Source: Chiloscyllium plagiosum (Eukaryota). Taken from it: 45,235 nucleotides of DNA. Under the pieces are notes generated by a model, which was not told the origin of the DNA, searched no databases, and saw only the letters and a program-made list of their open reading frames with translations. A program made the position numbers and the translations under genes. The stretch covers positions 9,577,516 through 9,622,750 of the forward strand of contig NC_057754.1 of assembly GCF_004010195.1 (NCBI RefSeq). The letters are read 5' to 3'. Of this stretch, positions 21,580 to 33,254 are shown piece after piece; positions within the stretch are counted from its first letter, which is position 1; every line of letters starts with the position of its first letter.

Positions 21580-22420
21580 ATGGAATCATACAGCACGTTA
21601 GAGGCCCTTCAGCCCATCGAGTCCTGCCGACCTATCTACACTAATCCCACTTTCCAGCACTTGGCCTATGCCCTTAACTGTTATTGCATTTTCAAGTACT
21701 TGTGTATTTTTGTAAAAAGTTTGTAAGGTTTCCCATCCTAACTAGGAGATAGTGAGGACTGGAGATGCTGGAGAAGTCAGAATCGATAAAAGTGTGGTGC
21801 TGGAAAAATCACAAATGTCGATTGTTGCTCCTCAGTTACTTCCATCTTAACTACCCTCCCAGGCAATACGTTCAAAATTCCCAGCATATTCACTGAGTTC
21901 CCCCTCAAACCCTCTCCAGACCTCCTGCCATTCACCTTTAACATTAACATTATGCTATTGACTCTTCAACTAAGGAGAATAGCTGCTTTCAATGTATTCT
22001 GTCTGTGGCTCTCATCTTATACACCTTAATCAGGTTCCCACCCCGCCCCAATCTTCTTTGCTTCAAAGAAAGCTACCCAGGTTTATCTAGCCTCTCTTCA
22101 TTGCAGAAGTGCTCCATCCCAGGTCATGTCTTGGTGAATCTGAATCTCCAGTACACTCACATCCTCCCTGTAATGAGGAGACAAGAACTGCACACAGTAC
22201 TCCAGCTATGGCCTAACATAATCTCCCTGCTGTGATAATCTATGCTGTGCTGTCCTGTATGCTGCCGTAACTACCCTGTTAGCCTGAACTACCACCCTCC
22301 TTTTGAGCTTTCTGGTGTCCTGCTATTCAGTGACTCCTTTATCTTGACACTTCTTCCAAAGTGCATCACCTCACTGTTTCAGCGACAAACTACATCTATC
22401 AGTGATTTGCCATTATGAAC
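21580..22420 (-). mobile_element. Old CR1 3' fragment
   Basis: GAATCATACAGCAC..AGAGGCCCTTCAGCCCATCGAGTC...AGAACTGCACACAGTACTCCAGCT.TGGCCTAAC. Confidence 0.7.
21745..21836. mobile_element. Short family A PLE terminus with partial inversion and degenerate TSD
   Basis: AGTGAGGACTGGAGATGCTGGAGA...GTGGTGCTGGAAAA then AAATGTCGATT..TGCTCCTC. Flanks TTCCCATCCTAACTA and TTCCATCTTAACTA. Confidence 0.7.
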
Positions 22421-22534
22421 AAGGGAATGTATCTGATTGGACAGGCACCAAAATATTCAAACACCTAGTTCGACCTGGAGTCTGTGTTCAGTTCTGGGTC
22501 CTTACTAGAGTGTGGAATAGATTTATCTGAATGA

Positions 22535-22745
22535 TTTGCCCAAAGATGTGTGGGTTAGGTTAATTGGCCATGCTAAATTGCCCACAGTATCCAGGGACAT
22601 GCAGGCTAGATTAGTTAGCCATGGGAAAGGCAGGGTTACAGGGATAGAGAAGGGGGCTGGATCTGGGTGGAATCCCCTTTGGAGGGTCAGTGTACTTGAT
22701 GGGCCAAATGGCCTGCTCTGAAACTAAGGATTCTCTAATTCTATG
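22535..22745 (+). mobile_element. V-SINE 3' half
   Basis: CCAAAGATGTGTGGGTTAGGTTAATTGGCCATGCTAAATTGCCC...GGGCCAAATGGCCTGC. Confidence 0.8.
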
Positions 22746-23178
22746 AAGGATACCTGGACTGCAGAGAATGGATTATGAGGAAAGGTTTAACACTGATCAT
22801 TGAGTCAGTGTGGCACATGCTGCATGCAGTCCATCAAGTTCAGTCTGGCTCTCTGTGAAGCAATACACACTCGAGTGCCTACCCTGATTAGCTTTTATAA
22901 ATTATTGATCACTTTCACTCACCACTGTCTTACACAGTGTGTTCTGGGTATTATCAATCACTACATAAATAAAGTGTGTGCTTCCCTGTATAACTTTTTC
23001 AAAACTTTTTTTTGGCGTATGTACCTTCAGCTAATTGAAACAATGTTTCCTTTTGTATACCTTTTCTAAACCTGTCGACACCTTTTACACCTCAATCAAA
23101 TCTTCCCTCAAGTTCTTTGCTTCAGCTCTAAACTTCTCCAAACCAACCATTTGACTAAATTCCCTTATTGTAGAACCA

Positions 23179-23337
23179 GGAGAAAGTGAGGACTGCAAAT
23201 GCTGGAGATCAGAGCCGAGAGCGTAGTGCTGGAAAAACACAGCAGGTCAGACAGCATCCGAGGAGCAGGAGGATCGACATTTCGGGCATAAGCGGGCTGA
23301 TGCCCAAAACGTTCAATTCTCCTCCTTCTCAGATGCG
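23179..23337. mobile_element. Family A PLE terminus with short inversion and 13-bp TSD
   Basis: TATTGTAGAACCA at 23166-23178 and 23338-23350. Junction TTTCGGGCATAAGC|GGGCTGATGCCCAAAACG. Confidence 0.88.
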
Positions 23338-25114
23338 TATTGTAGAACCATTCTGGTAAATCTCATCTGCATTCTTTCAAGGGCCAGCATGGAGACTGGA
23401 ACTGGAGCAATCCTCTTGTTGTGGCCCCAACAGGATTTTACAAAAGGCCAACATGCTCTTCCGGGTTGTTGTACTTGAGCAGAACTGCACACAGTACTCC
23501 AGCTCTGTACAACTCCAACATTACTTCCATGCCCTTATACTCTATGCTACAACTAATGAAAGCAAGTATCCCATGCGCCACCTTAACTATCTCTTTTGCA
23601 CACTTTGCTGACTTTGGGGATCTGTGAATAATTACCCCAAGATCCCTCTGTTCCTCTAAGTGACCCAGTGCTCTCCCATTCATTAAATACTCCTTCACCT
23701 TGTTGTTTCTTCCAGAGTGCATCACCTTGCACTTACTGGGATTGAATACCATCTGCGCTTCTGACTAACCCATCGATAACTTCCTTTAACCTACAACCAT
23801 TTTCTCCGCTGATAAGTCTCGACCAATCTTGGTGTAGACTGCAAATTTGCTTACCATTCCCTCCACGCTTCCACCTATATCATTTATGTATATAACAAAC
23901 AGTAAAGGTCCCAGTACTGAGTCTTGTGGTACACCGCTGGACACCGGCCTCCAGTCACTCAATCTGCATTCTACCATGACCCCTTGTGACCTATTACTAA
24001 GCCAGTTTCAGATCCATTTTACTACGTTTCCCTCAATTCCATGTGCTTTAACCTTCTCAATCAGTTTCCCATGTGGGACCTTGTCAAAAGCTCTGCTGAA
24101 ATCCATATAAACTGCATCGATTGAAGTTCTCGTTCGTACACCTGATCATGTTTTCAAGAAATCGATCAAATTTGTGAGGCAGGACCTTCCTCTCTGACAA
24201 ATGCACCCTGACTATCACTAATTAACCCATGCCTTTCAAGTGGATATTAATTCACTGCTTAAGAATTTTCTCCAATATAATGCCTACAATTGACAGAAGA
24301 CACACCGGTCTGTAATTTCCTGGTTCATTTCTACCATCCTTTTTGAAAAGTGCAGCCCCACATTCATCATCCTGCAGTCCTCCGACCAGAGAGGAATTAT
24401 AAATTTGCGTCAAAAACCCTTCGGTTTCGTGCCTCAGCTCCCACAGCAGCCTGGGATGGAATTCGCCCGGATCAGGGGATTTGTCTATTTTTAAGCCTGA
24501 TAGCGCCTCCATTGCCTCCACGTTTCATGCATCATACTGTGCAAGTTGCTCACAGTCCCTTTTCCTGTGCTCCTCTAGGGCTGCAGCTGAGTTGTCCCTT
24601 TGGATTTTTTTAATAGCCTTTCTCATTTTCCTCACCCCGTCCTGAATTGTCTGAGACATCTGGGGGTCTCTGAACTTAATGCTCCTACATCTCCCTCTAA
24701 AGGGTCCATGCAGGACCTGTACCCCCCTCCCCCACTCCTTTTTGAATGCCTTCCATTGCTCTGCGGGAGACTTACCCACAAAGAGCTGTTCCCAGTCAAC
24801 TGTTGCCACGTCCTGCTTTATTTTGATAAAATATCCATTCCCTCAGTTCAAAGCTATCTTTAGCAGGCCATCTTTTATCCTTGTCCAGAACAAATTGGAG
24901 CCACATCATGTTGTGCTCACGATCGCTAAAATATATTCTCCCACTGCCACATCAAACATTTTCCCTGCTTTTTTCTCCATAACGAGATCCAGTACTGTGC
25001 CTTCCTTTTATTTGGGCCTTCTACATATTGATACAAAAAACTCCCCTGAATCCATTTCACAAAATCGGCCCCCTGTGAACCATTAACACTGTGACTTTGC
25101 CAGTTTATGTTTGA

Positions 25115-26612
25115 ACCTAGAACAGTACAGCACAGGAGCTGGCCCTGTGGCCCACAATGTTGTGCCAAACATGACGCCAAATTAAGCTAATCCCTTCCAC
25201 ATGCCCTGGATCCATATCCTTCCATTCCTTGCAAAATCATATGCTTATCTAAAAGTTCCTTAAATGCCCCTATCAAATCTGCCTCCACCACACCCCTGGT
25301 GTTCCAGACTCCCACCACAGTGTTTTTTTAAACAAGAAACTTACCCCTCACATCTCCTTTTGAAATTTCCCCATTCCACCTTAAATGCATGCCCCCGAGT
25401 ATCAGACATTTCAGCTCTGGGAAAAAGATTGACTGTCAACCGTATCTATGCATCTGATAATTTTATAGACTTGCATGAAGTCTCCCCTCAGCCTCTGCCA
25501 CTCCAGAGGAAACCACCCGGGTCTTTCTAGCTTCTCCTTATAACTCATACCCTTTAAACAGGGGCAGCAGCCTGGTAAACCTCTTCTGCGCCCTCTCCAA
25601 AATCTCCATAGCCTTCCTGTAATGCGGCAACCAGAATTGAATGCAATACTCTTAAGCGTAGCCTAACCAAAATCTTATAAAGCTGCAACATGGCATCCTG
25701 ACTCATGTACTTAATTCCCTGACCAATAAAGGCAAGCATGCCATATGCCCCTGCTTTACCACCCTATCTAGTTGTGTTGCCACTTCAGGGAGCTATGGAC
25801 TTGAACCCCAAGATCCCTGTGTACATCAGTGTTGTTCAGGGTCCTGCCATTAACCCTATACTCTTCCTTAATATTTGATCTCCCAAAGTGCAGCAACTCT
25901 CACGTACCCAGATTAAACTCCATCTGCCACTTCTCCACCCATATCTGCAAATGATCTACATCCTGTTGATCTGTATCCTTTGACAATTTTCCACAACTAT
26001 CCACAACTCCACCGATCTTTGTGTTGTCTGCAAACTTACTAACCAACCCGTCTACTTTTTCATCCAAGTCATTTACGTATATTGCAAACAGTAGAGGTTT
26101 GGTTCAAGTCTGATTCCCTGCAGAAGATCAGCAGTCATGGACACTCAACCAGCAAAACACCCTTCTACCACAACCCTCTGCCTTCTGTGGGAAAGCCAAT
26201 TCTGAATCCACATGTCCAAGTCACCATGGATCTCATGCATCTTAAACTTCTGGATGAGCCTACCATGAGGGATCTTGTTGAAAGCCTTACTAAGATTCAT
26301 GCACACAGCATCCACTGCTCTACCCTCATTGATCATCTTCAGCACCACCTCAAAAATATTCAACCACGTTAGTAAAACATGACCTGTCCCCCACACAGCC
26401 ATGCCAACTGTCCCTAATTAGGCCATCCTTTTCCAAATGCGTGTAAATCCTATTCCAATGATTTTCTCTGATAGCTTCCTAACCACTGATGTGGGACTCA
26501 CTGGTCTGTAGTTTCCTGGATTATCCCTTTTGCTGTTCTTGAACAGAGGAACAATGTTAGTTATTCCTCCAGGATGTCTCCAGTGGCAAGTGAGGATACA
26601 AGATGTTGGGAA
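25115..26612 (-). mobile_element. Nested CR1 LINE (RT to 3' tail)
   Basis: MLAFIGQGIKYMSQDAMLQLYKILVR; NLSKAFNKIPHGRLIQK...[17 protein letters not shown]. Confidence 0.85.
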
Positions 26613-28321
26613 AATTGAAATCCCCTAGTATAATTATCTGATTATTACTCTTACGCACCCCTATGAACGATCTGCATATTTGCTCCTTTATTTCCTGCTG
26701 ATTCTTTGGAGACCTATAACGCACTTCCTAGTAAAATGGCTGCTCCCTTAATATTCCTAAGTTCTACCTTCAGAATCTCATTTGAGGACACTTCCAAGAT
26801 ACCATCTCTCCTTATTGCAGTAACTGACTCCTTAATCAATTATGATACTCCACCACCCTTTTTACACCCTCCTCTGTCTCACCGAAAGATCCTATTCCCT
26901 GGCATGTTAAAGTGCCAGTCCTGCCCTTCCCTCAGCCATGATTCTGTGATTGCAGCATCATACTTCCATGTGCCGATCCATGCCATTGACTTGTCCATCC
27001 ATTACACTTCCAGCTACACCACATTAAAGTAGACCATCTTTCCTTGCCATACTCTCTTGACACTTAGCATAGCTGAACTCCTTGTGATTTGCTTCCTTTG
27101 TTGTGTGTCCTTTGTGTGTCTCTGTTTCATTGATTCTGTATCCCCTCCTCGTGCCAGTCTTGAGGAGGTGAACTCCTCCTAACAGCACGAGCAAACCTAC
27201 CTGCAAGGCTGTTGATTCAGATGCAGACCGAAGTCCAGTTTGTGCATGTCCCACCTTCCCCAAAACAGTCCCGGTGATCCAGGAACCTAAGACCCTCCCT
27301 CTTGCACCAACTGTTGAGTTACGCATTCATCTGTCCTATTTACCTCTTTCTATACCGCTAGCACAAGGGAGTAATCCGGAGATTATGACCATTGAGGTCT
27401 TGATTTTTAATTTTCTGCCTAGCTCTGAGTTCTTGCTGCAAGACCTCATTTCCCCATTTTGCCCATGTTATGGTACCAAAATGTATCATGACTTCTCACC
27501 CTCCACCCTCCCCTTTCAGGATGCCCGACAGGCCATTCAGTGACATCCCTGACCCTGGCACCAAGGGAGGCAATGCATCTTTCTGGAGTCACGTCCTTGT
27601 CTGCAGGTACACCTGTCTGCTCCCTATTAAAGAATCCCCTGTCAAGGTAGCTCTTTCTCCCCCACCCCTCCCACCATATAGTTGAGCTGCTTATGGTGTC
27701 AGAAGCTTTGAAACTGGAATATTGGTTAGTGAGAGGAGCCCCGGGAGACTCCTGAACTACCTGCCTGTTCTTTCTGGAAAGTTATTTCGCCCATTCCCTT
27801 CTTTCCTTGTGGATGCACCCAGTGTCTCCAGTTGGTGAGACCCAGAGCTTCAGCTTCTGCAGCTGGGAGCACATCCTGCACGCATGATCATCTAGGACGC
27901 TGGCAGCATCACATTAGACAAGCGACACATTCCACTCAGTTGGCCTCTCCTGACATCTCTTAACTTAAAATCAATGCCTTAGACGAGAACTATTAGACAT
28001 CCGACTCCATCGCTAAAGTTAACTAACTATGATCTCACTGCTCTAAATCTGTACGATAAGAAAGGGTTAACTGTTAGGGGCCCAGTACTCTCCAATCCAG
28101 AGCCTTTCTTACCTTTTTGAAGTTGTAATGTCAGCAGGATTCACATTGAAGATTCTCGCCATGTTCCTGCAGCTTATCGGTCACCATGTCCCTCTCCACC
28201 ACTGCCTCTGGAAGCTAAGGGCCTTGTAAAGACTAGGCCCGAATCCGCACTAGATTTATAGGCTGATTCATGGTCACTTTATCGTCATGCCAACTCCACA
28301 AATGACCGGGTTCATTCAGCT

Positions 28322-28451
28322 AGGAAAAAGTGAGGACTGCAGATGCTGGAGATCAGAGCTTAAAAATGTGTTGCTGGAAAAGCGCAGCAGGTCAGGCAGC
28401 ATCAAAGGAGCAGGAGAATCGACATTTCGGGCATAAGAAGGGCATAAGCCT
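28322..28451 (-). mobile_element. Family A PLE terminus with 14-bp TSD, ending in hammerhead stem II
   Basis: GGGTTCATTCAGCT at 28308-28321 and 28452-28465. The insert ends TTTCGGGCATAAG-AAGGGCATAAGCCT. Confidence 0.88.
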
Positions 28452-28570
28452 GGGTTCATTCAGCTCCAGTTCACAGCCTCGGTGAGTTATTTGTTGCTCT
28501 GTTTTCTCCTGTTTTAAATCAATTTTACAGGAAAAGATTTAAAGTGGGAGGATTCAAAGCGCATTCTCTG

Positions 28571-29734
28571 ATGGAGCGGCTTGCCTCATCAGGACCTGAA
28601 TGTCATTGGCCTTTGGATATGGAAAGCAGTGAAGAGAAACCATGGAAATGTGGAGATTGTGAGAAGGGCTTTGATTACCCATCTAAACTGGAAACACATC
28701 GACGCAGTCACACGGGGGAGAGGCCATTCACCTGCTCGGAATGCAGGAAGGGATTCCGTGATTCCTCCTCCTTGCAGAAACACCGGCGTGTTCACACCGG
28801 AGAGAGGCCATTCGCCTGCTCCAAATGTGGGAAGGGATTCACTCAGCTTGCCCACCTGCTGAAGCATCAACGTGTTCACACCGATCAGAGACCTTTTCAA
28901 TGCCTGGAATGTGGGAAGTGCTTCAAACATTCTGGTGACCTGATGTCCCACCAACGGGTGCACACTGATGAGCGGCCATTCAGGTGCTCCGAGTGTGGGA
29001 CTGGATTCAGACAATCATCCGATCTCACTGTACACCAGCGGGTTCACACTGGAGAGAGACCATTCACCTGCCCTGTGTGTGGGAAAGGATTCATGACTTC
29101 ATCCGACCTACTGAGACACCAGCGGGTCCACACCGGGGAGAGACCATTCACCTGCTCCGAATGTGGGAAGGGGTTCACTCAGTCGTCCAACCTTCAGTCG
29201 CACCAGCAAGTTCACACTGATGAGAAACTGTTCAGGTGCTCTCACTGCGGGTCTGGCTTCACAGGACTGTCTCAACTCCGTGTACACCAGCGAGTGCACA
29301 CCAGGGAGAGGCCGTTCACCTGCCCTCAGTGTGGGAAAGGATTCACCCAGTCATGTAACCTGCTGAGACACCAGCGCGTTCACAACGGGGAGAGACCGTT
29401 CACTTGCACAGAGTGTGGGAAAGGATTCACCCAGTCTTCCCACCTGCTGATACACCAACGTGTTCACACGGAGGAGAGGCCATTCAGGTGCTCGCACTGT
29501 GCTGCTGGCTTCAGGCGATCATCGCAACTCATCGAACACCAGTATATTCACACTGGGGAGAAGCCATTCACCTGCTCTGTGTGTGGGAAGGGATTCACTC
29601 GGTCATCCCATCTGCTGACACACTTGCAAATTCACAAGCAACTCCCCATGTTGGATTTCATTGTTAATCCATTCCGAACTGAACTGTGTTCATTGGAGAC
29701 TGTTTCGGCTAATAAACTGCAACCCAGTCATTGA
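28571..29734 (+). CDS. Tandem C2H2 zinc-finger protein, 12 fingers (387 aa from ATG 28571; alternative ATG 28619)
   Basis: Open ORF with twelve CxxC-x12-HxxxH units; acceptor TTTTACAG| at 28530; no KRAB, SCAN or BTB seen. Confidence 0.92.
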   Translation: MERLASSGPECHWPLDMESSEEKPWKCGDCEKGFDYPSKLETHRRSHTGERPFTCSECRKGFRDSSSLQKHRRVHTGERPFACSKCGKGFTQLAHLLKHQRVHTDQRPFQCLECGKCFKHSGDLMSHQRVHTDERPFRCSECGTGFRQSSDLTVHQRVHTGERPFTCPVCGKGFMTSSDLLRHQRVHTGERPFTCSECGKGFTQSSNLQSHQQVHTDEKLFRCSHCGSGFTGLSQLRVHQRVHTRERPFTCPQCGKGFTQSCNLLRHQRVHNGERPFTCTECGKGFTQSSHLLIHQRVHTEERPFRCSHCAAGFRRSSQLIEHQYIHTGEKPFTCSVCGKGFTRSSHLLTHLQIHKQLPMLDFIVNPFRTELCSLETVSANKLQPSH

Positions 29735-30249
29735 GATCATCCAGTCAGCTGCTTAACATCACTTCCTCACTTTCACCAGCCACTGGACAGAATTACTGCT
29801 AATGTTCCTCCTTGCCTGAACCCTGAACCTTTCTCTCGCTTAGCTCCTCCCTCCATTTGCCTCGCCTTTCCGTTTTGTCCACGTAGCTTGGGTGATCAGT
29901 TTTGAAGTCTTGAACCAAGGGTGAGAGCAGGGGAGGGACTGAGAAAATCGTGAAGCAAGCAGTGACCATGATTCTTCGACAGTTCAAGAGCAGGGTGGGT
30001 GGGCGAGAGCTGAAAGAATCGTGAGACTTAATGGTTTGGGGTTATGAGAGCAGATTGGGTGGGTTTGTGAAGTCTGGGACTACAAATGGAGTTCAGAATT
30101 CTGGCACTGGTAAACCTGTGTGTGTTTCGGAGATGCCTGGTTGTGTGGTAAGGGCTATCCGCGTGTATGTCGGTCATTGTGCATCTGTGTGGGAGGGTGT
30201 GTGTTTGGAAATTGGGGTCCCCTTTAAAATATTTAGAATTTCTTCTGTA

Positions 30250-32316
30250 ACATGAGACTTTGAAGAAGTAATGAAGAGGATTGATGAGGGCAGAGCGGTG
30301 CACATGATCTATATGGACTTCAGTAAAGTGTTCGACAAGGTTCCCCATGGGAGACTGGTTAACAGGGTTAGATCTCATGGAATACAGGGAGAACTAGCCA
30401 TTTGGATACAGAACTGGCTCAAAGGTAGAAGACAGAGGGTCGTGGTGGAGGTTTGCTTTTCAGACTGGAGCCCTATGACCAGTGGAGTGCCACAAGGATT
30501 GGTGCTGGGTCCACTACTTTTCATCATTTATATAAATGATTTGGATGGGAACATAGAAGGTATAATTAGTAAGTTTGCAGATGGCACTAAAATTGAAGGT
30601 GTTGTGGACAGTGGGTTACCTCAGATTACAATGGGATCTTGACCAGATGGGCCAAAGGGCTGAGAAATGGCAAATGGAGTTTAATTTAGATAAATGTGAG
30701 TGCTGCATTTTGGAAAAGCAAATTAGAGCAGGACTTATACACTTAATGGTAAGGTCCTAGGGAGTGTTGCTGAACAAAAAGTGCAGGTTTATAGCTCCTT
30801 GAAAGTGGAAAAGCAAATTAGAGCAGGACTTATACACTTAATGGTAAGATCCTAGGGAGTGTTGCTGAACAAAGAGACCTTAGAGTGCGGTTCAAAGCTC
30901 CTTGAAAGTGGATTCGCAGGTAGATAGGATAGTGCTGAAGGCGTTTGGTCTGCTTTCCTTTATTGGTCAGAGTATTGAGTACAGGATTTGGGAGACCATG
31001 TTGCGGCTGTACAGAAAATTGGTTAGGCCACTTTTGGAATATTGCGTGGAATTCTGGTCTCCTTCCTATCAGAAAGATGTTGTGAAACTTGAAAGGATTC
31101 AGAAAAGATTTACAAGGATGTTGCTAGGATTGGAGAATTTAGCTATAGGGAGAGGCTGAACAGGCTGGGGCTGTTTTCCCTGGAGCATTGGAGGCTGAGG
31201 GGTGACCTTTTAGAAGGGAGAACTAGCCATTTGGATACAGAACTGGCTCAAAGGTAGAAGACAGAGGGTCGTGGTGGAGGTTTGCTTTTCAGACTGGAGC
31301 CCTATGACCAGTGGAGTGCCACAAGGATTGGTGCTGGGTCCACTACTTATCATCATTTATGTAAAAGATTTGGATGTGAACATAGGGGGTATAGTTAGTA
31401 AGTTTGCAGATGGCACTAAAATTGAAGCTGTTGTGGACAGTGGGTTACCTTAGATTACAATGGGATCTTGATCAGATGGGCCAAAGGGCTGAGAAATGGC
31501 AAATGGAGTTTAATTTAGATAAATGTGAGTGCTGCATTTTGGAAAAGCAAATTAGAGCAGGACTTATACACTTAATGGTAAGGTCCTAGGGAGTGTTGCT
31601 GAACAAAGAGACCTTAGAGTGCAGTTCAAAGCTCCTTGAAAGTGGAGTCGCAGGTAGATAGGATAGTGAAGAAGGTGTTTGGTATGCTTTCCTTTATTGG
31701 TCAGAGTATTGAGTACAGGGTTTGGGAGACCATGTTGCGGCTGTACAGAACATTGGTTAGGCCACTTTTGGAATATTGCGTGGAATTCTGGTCTCCTTCC
31801 TATTGGAAAGATGTTGTGAAACTTGAAAGGATTCAGAAAAGATTTACACGGATGTTGCTAGGATTGGAGAATTTGAGCTATAGGGAGAGGCTGAACAGGC
31901 TGGGGCTGTTTTCCCTGGAGCATTGGAGGCTGAGGGGTGACCTTTTAGAGGTTTATAAAATCATGACAGGCATGGATAGGGTAAATAGACGAGGTATTTT
32001 CCCTGGAGTGGGGGAGTCCAGAACTAGAGGGAATAGGTTTAGGGTGAGAGGGGAAAGATTTAAAAGGGTTCCTAAGGGGCTACATTTTCACACAGAAGGT
32101 GGTATGTGTATAGAATGAGCTGCCAGAGGACGTGGTGGAGGCTGGTACAATTACAGCATTTAAAAGACATCTGGATGGGTATATGAATAGGAAGGGTTTA
32201 GAGTGATATGCTCCAAGTGCTGGCAAATGGGACTCTATTAGGTTGGGATATCTGGTCAGTATGGACGAGTTGGTCCGAAGGGTTTGTTTCTATGCTGTAC
32301 ATCTCTATAACTCTGT
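30250..32316 (+). mobile_element. CR1 LINE with internal tandem duplications
   Basis: RT motifs [29 protein letters not shown] occur with 30386-31214 repeated at 31215-31949. Confidence 0.92.
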
Positions 32317-33254
32317 AACATGGTTAAATGAAGTCATGGTTGCAACTAGCCTTCGACACGCATCAACACAATATTTATTGGGCGCCACACTGCTCTATTA
32401 TTATGAGTCTGTAAGTTTTGAAGATGCATTTTTGCTAATGGAGAGAATGGAACCTGCCTTCCAAATGGGGGTGAGCAAGGGGACAACAGTCACCTTAGCA
32501 TCGTGAGTAGCTGCTTGTGGTCATTGGCTGAGGGGCTTTAAACAGGTGACTTACGCAATATAGATGGCCGACCCTCAAAATAAGGTATGCAACAAGGATA
32601 GCTGGGGAGAGAGAAAGGATCCAGAGAAACAAGCCACTACCATCTTGGGAGAAGACCTGGAGTACCCTGATGTCAGCCCAAGGAAGGGACAAAGATTGTT
32701 ACTGCCAAAGACTGCACAGTATCAGTAACAAACAGTCCATCACTTCAAAACTACCATCCCTGATCCACCATTCGATAGAACAGCTTCAGGTCCAGATGAT
32801 GTATTTGCGCTGTCAGTCGTATGTGGTTGTCTAATTAATGTATCATATACAAACTGCTGTTTAATAAATTTTTAGAAAATAGCTGCAAATTGAAAACTGC
32901 CTATATTAGGTAAAGTCACCATAGTCTCAGAGAACCATAGTTACAATGCAAACTACTGGTGAGTTTAGTGTAGTGTGTGTTGGATGGTGTGTGTGTGTGT
33001 CTATCTTTGACTCTGCTGCAGCTTACTTAGCAACCCGGCTGTGCTGTTCTGAATGATGGTCGTGTTAATCTTCACCTTAACCTGTCCTAATTCTTCAGCT
33101 GGTTAATTGATTGAAAGCAGGGCATCTTGTTCTAAGAATGCCATTCTCTGACTGCCTCGTACTTGCTAAGTCAGTCCTTTTGTGTACACACACTCTTTCA
33201 CCATGGTCCTGCCACGTCTGGAACAAATGTCAAAATATTTCCTTCAAACAGACA

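Larger units (their letters stand above)
23075..28260 (-). mobile_element. Long decayed CR1 LINE (ORF1 esterase region, endonuclease, RT) with nested insertions
   Basis: WRPVSSGVPQDSVLGPLLFVIYINDI, PGNYRPVCLLSIVG, VDWEQLF.GKS..EQWKAFK. ORF1 SGNH-like segments (IISGLLP; CLP.GARVRD) at ~27250-27620. Confidence 0.8.

Noticed and set aside
28581..29667. Alternative-frame and antisense ORFs over the ZNF arrays (also 14009-14884)
   Set aside because: Expected shadows of repetitive 84-nt finger codons; no independent signals.
13975..29734. CRISPR-like periodic repeats
   Set aside because: The 84-nt periodicity is C2H2 finger coding sequence in a vertebrate context.
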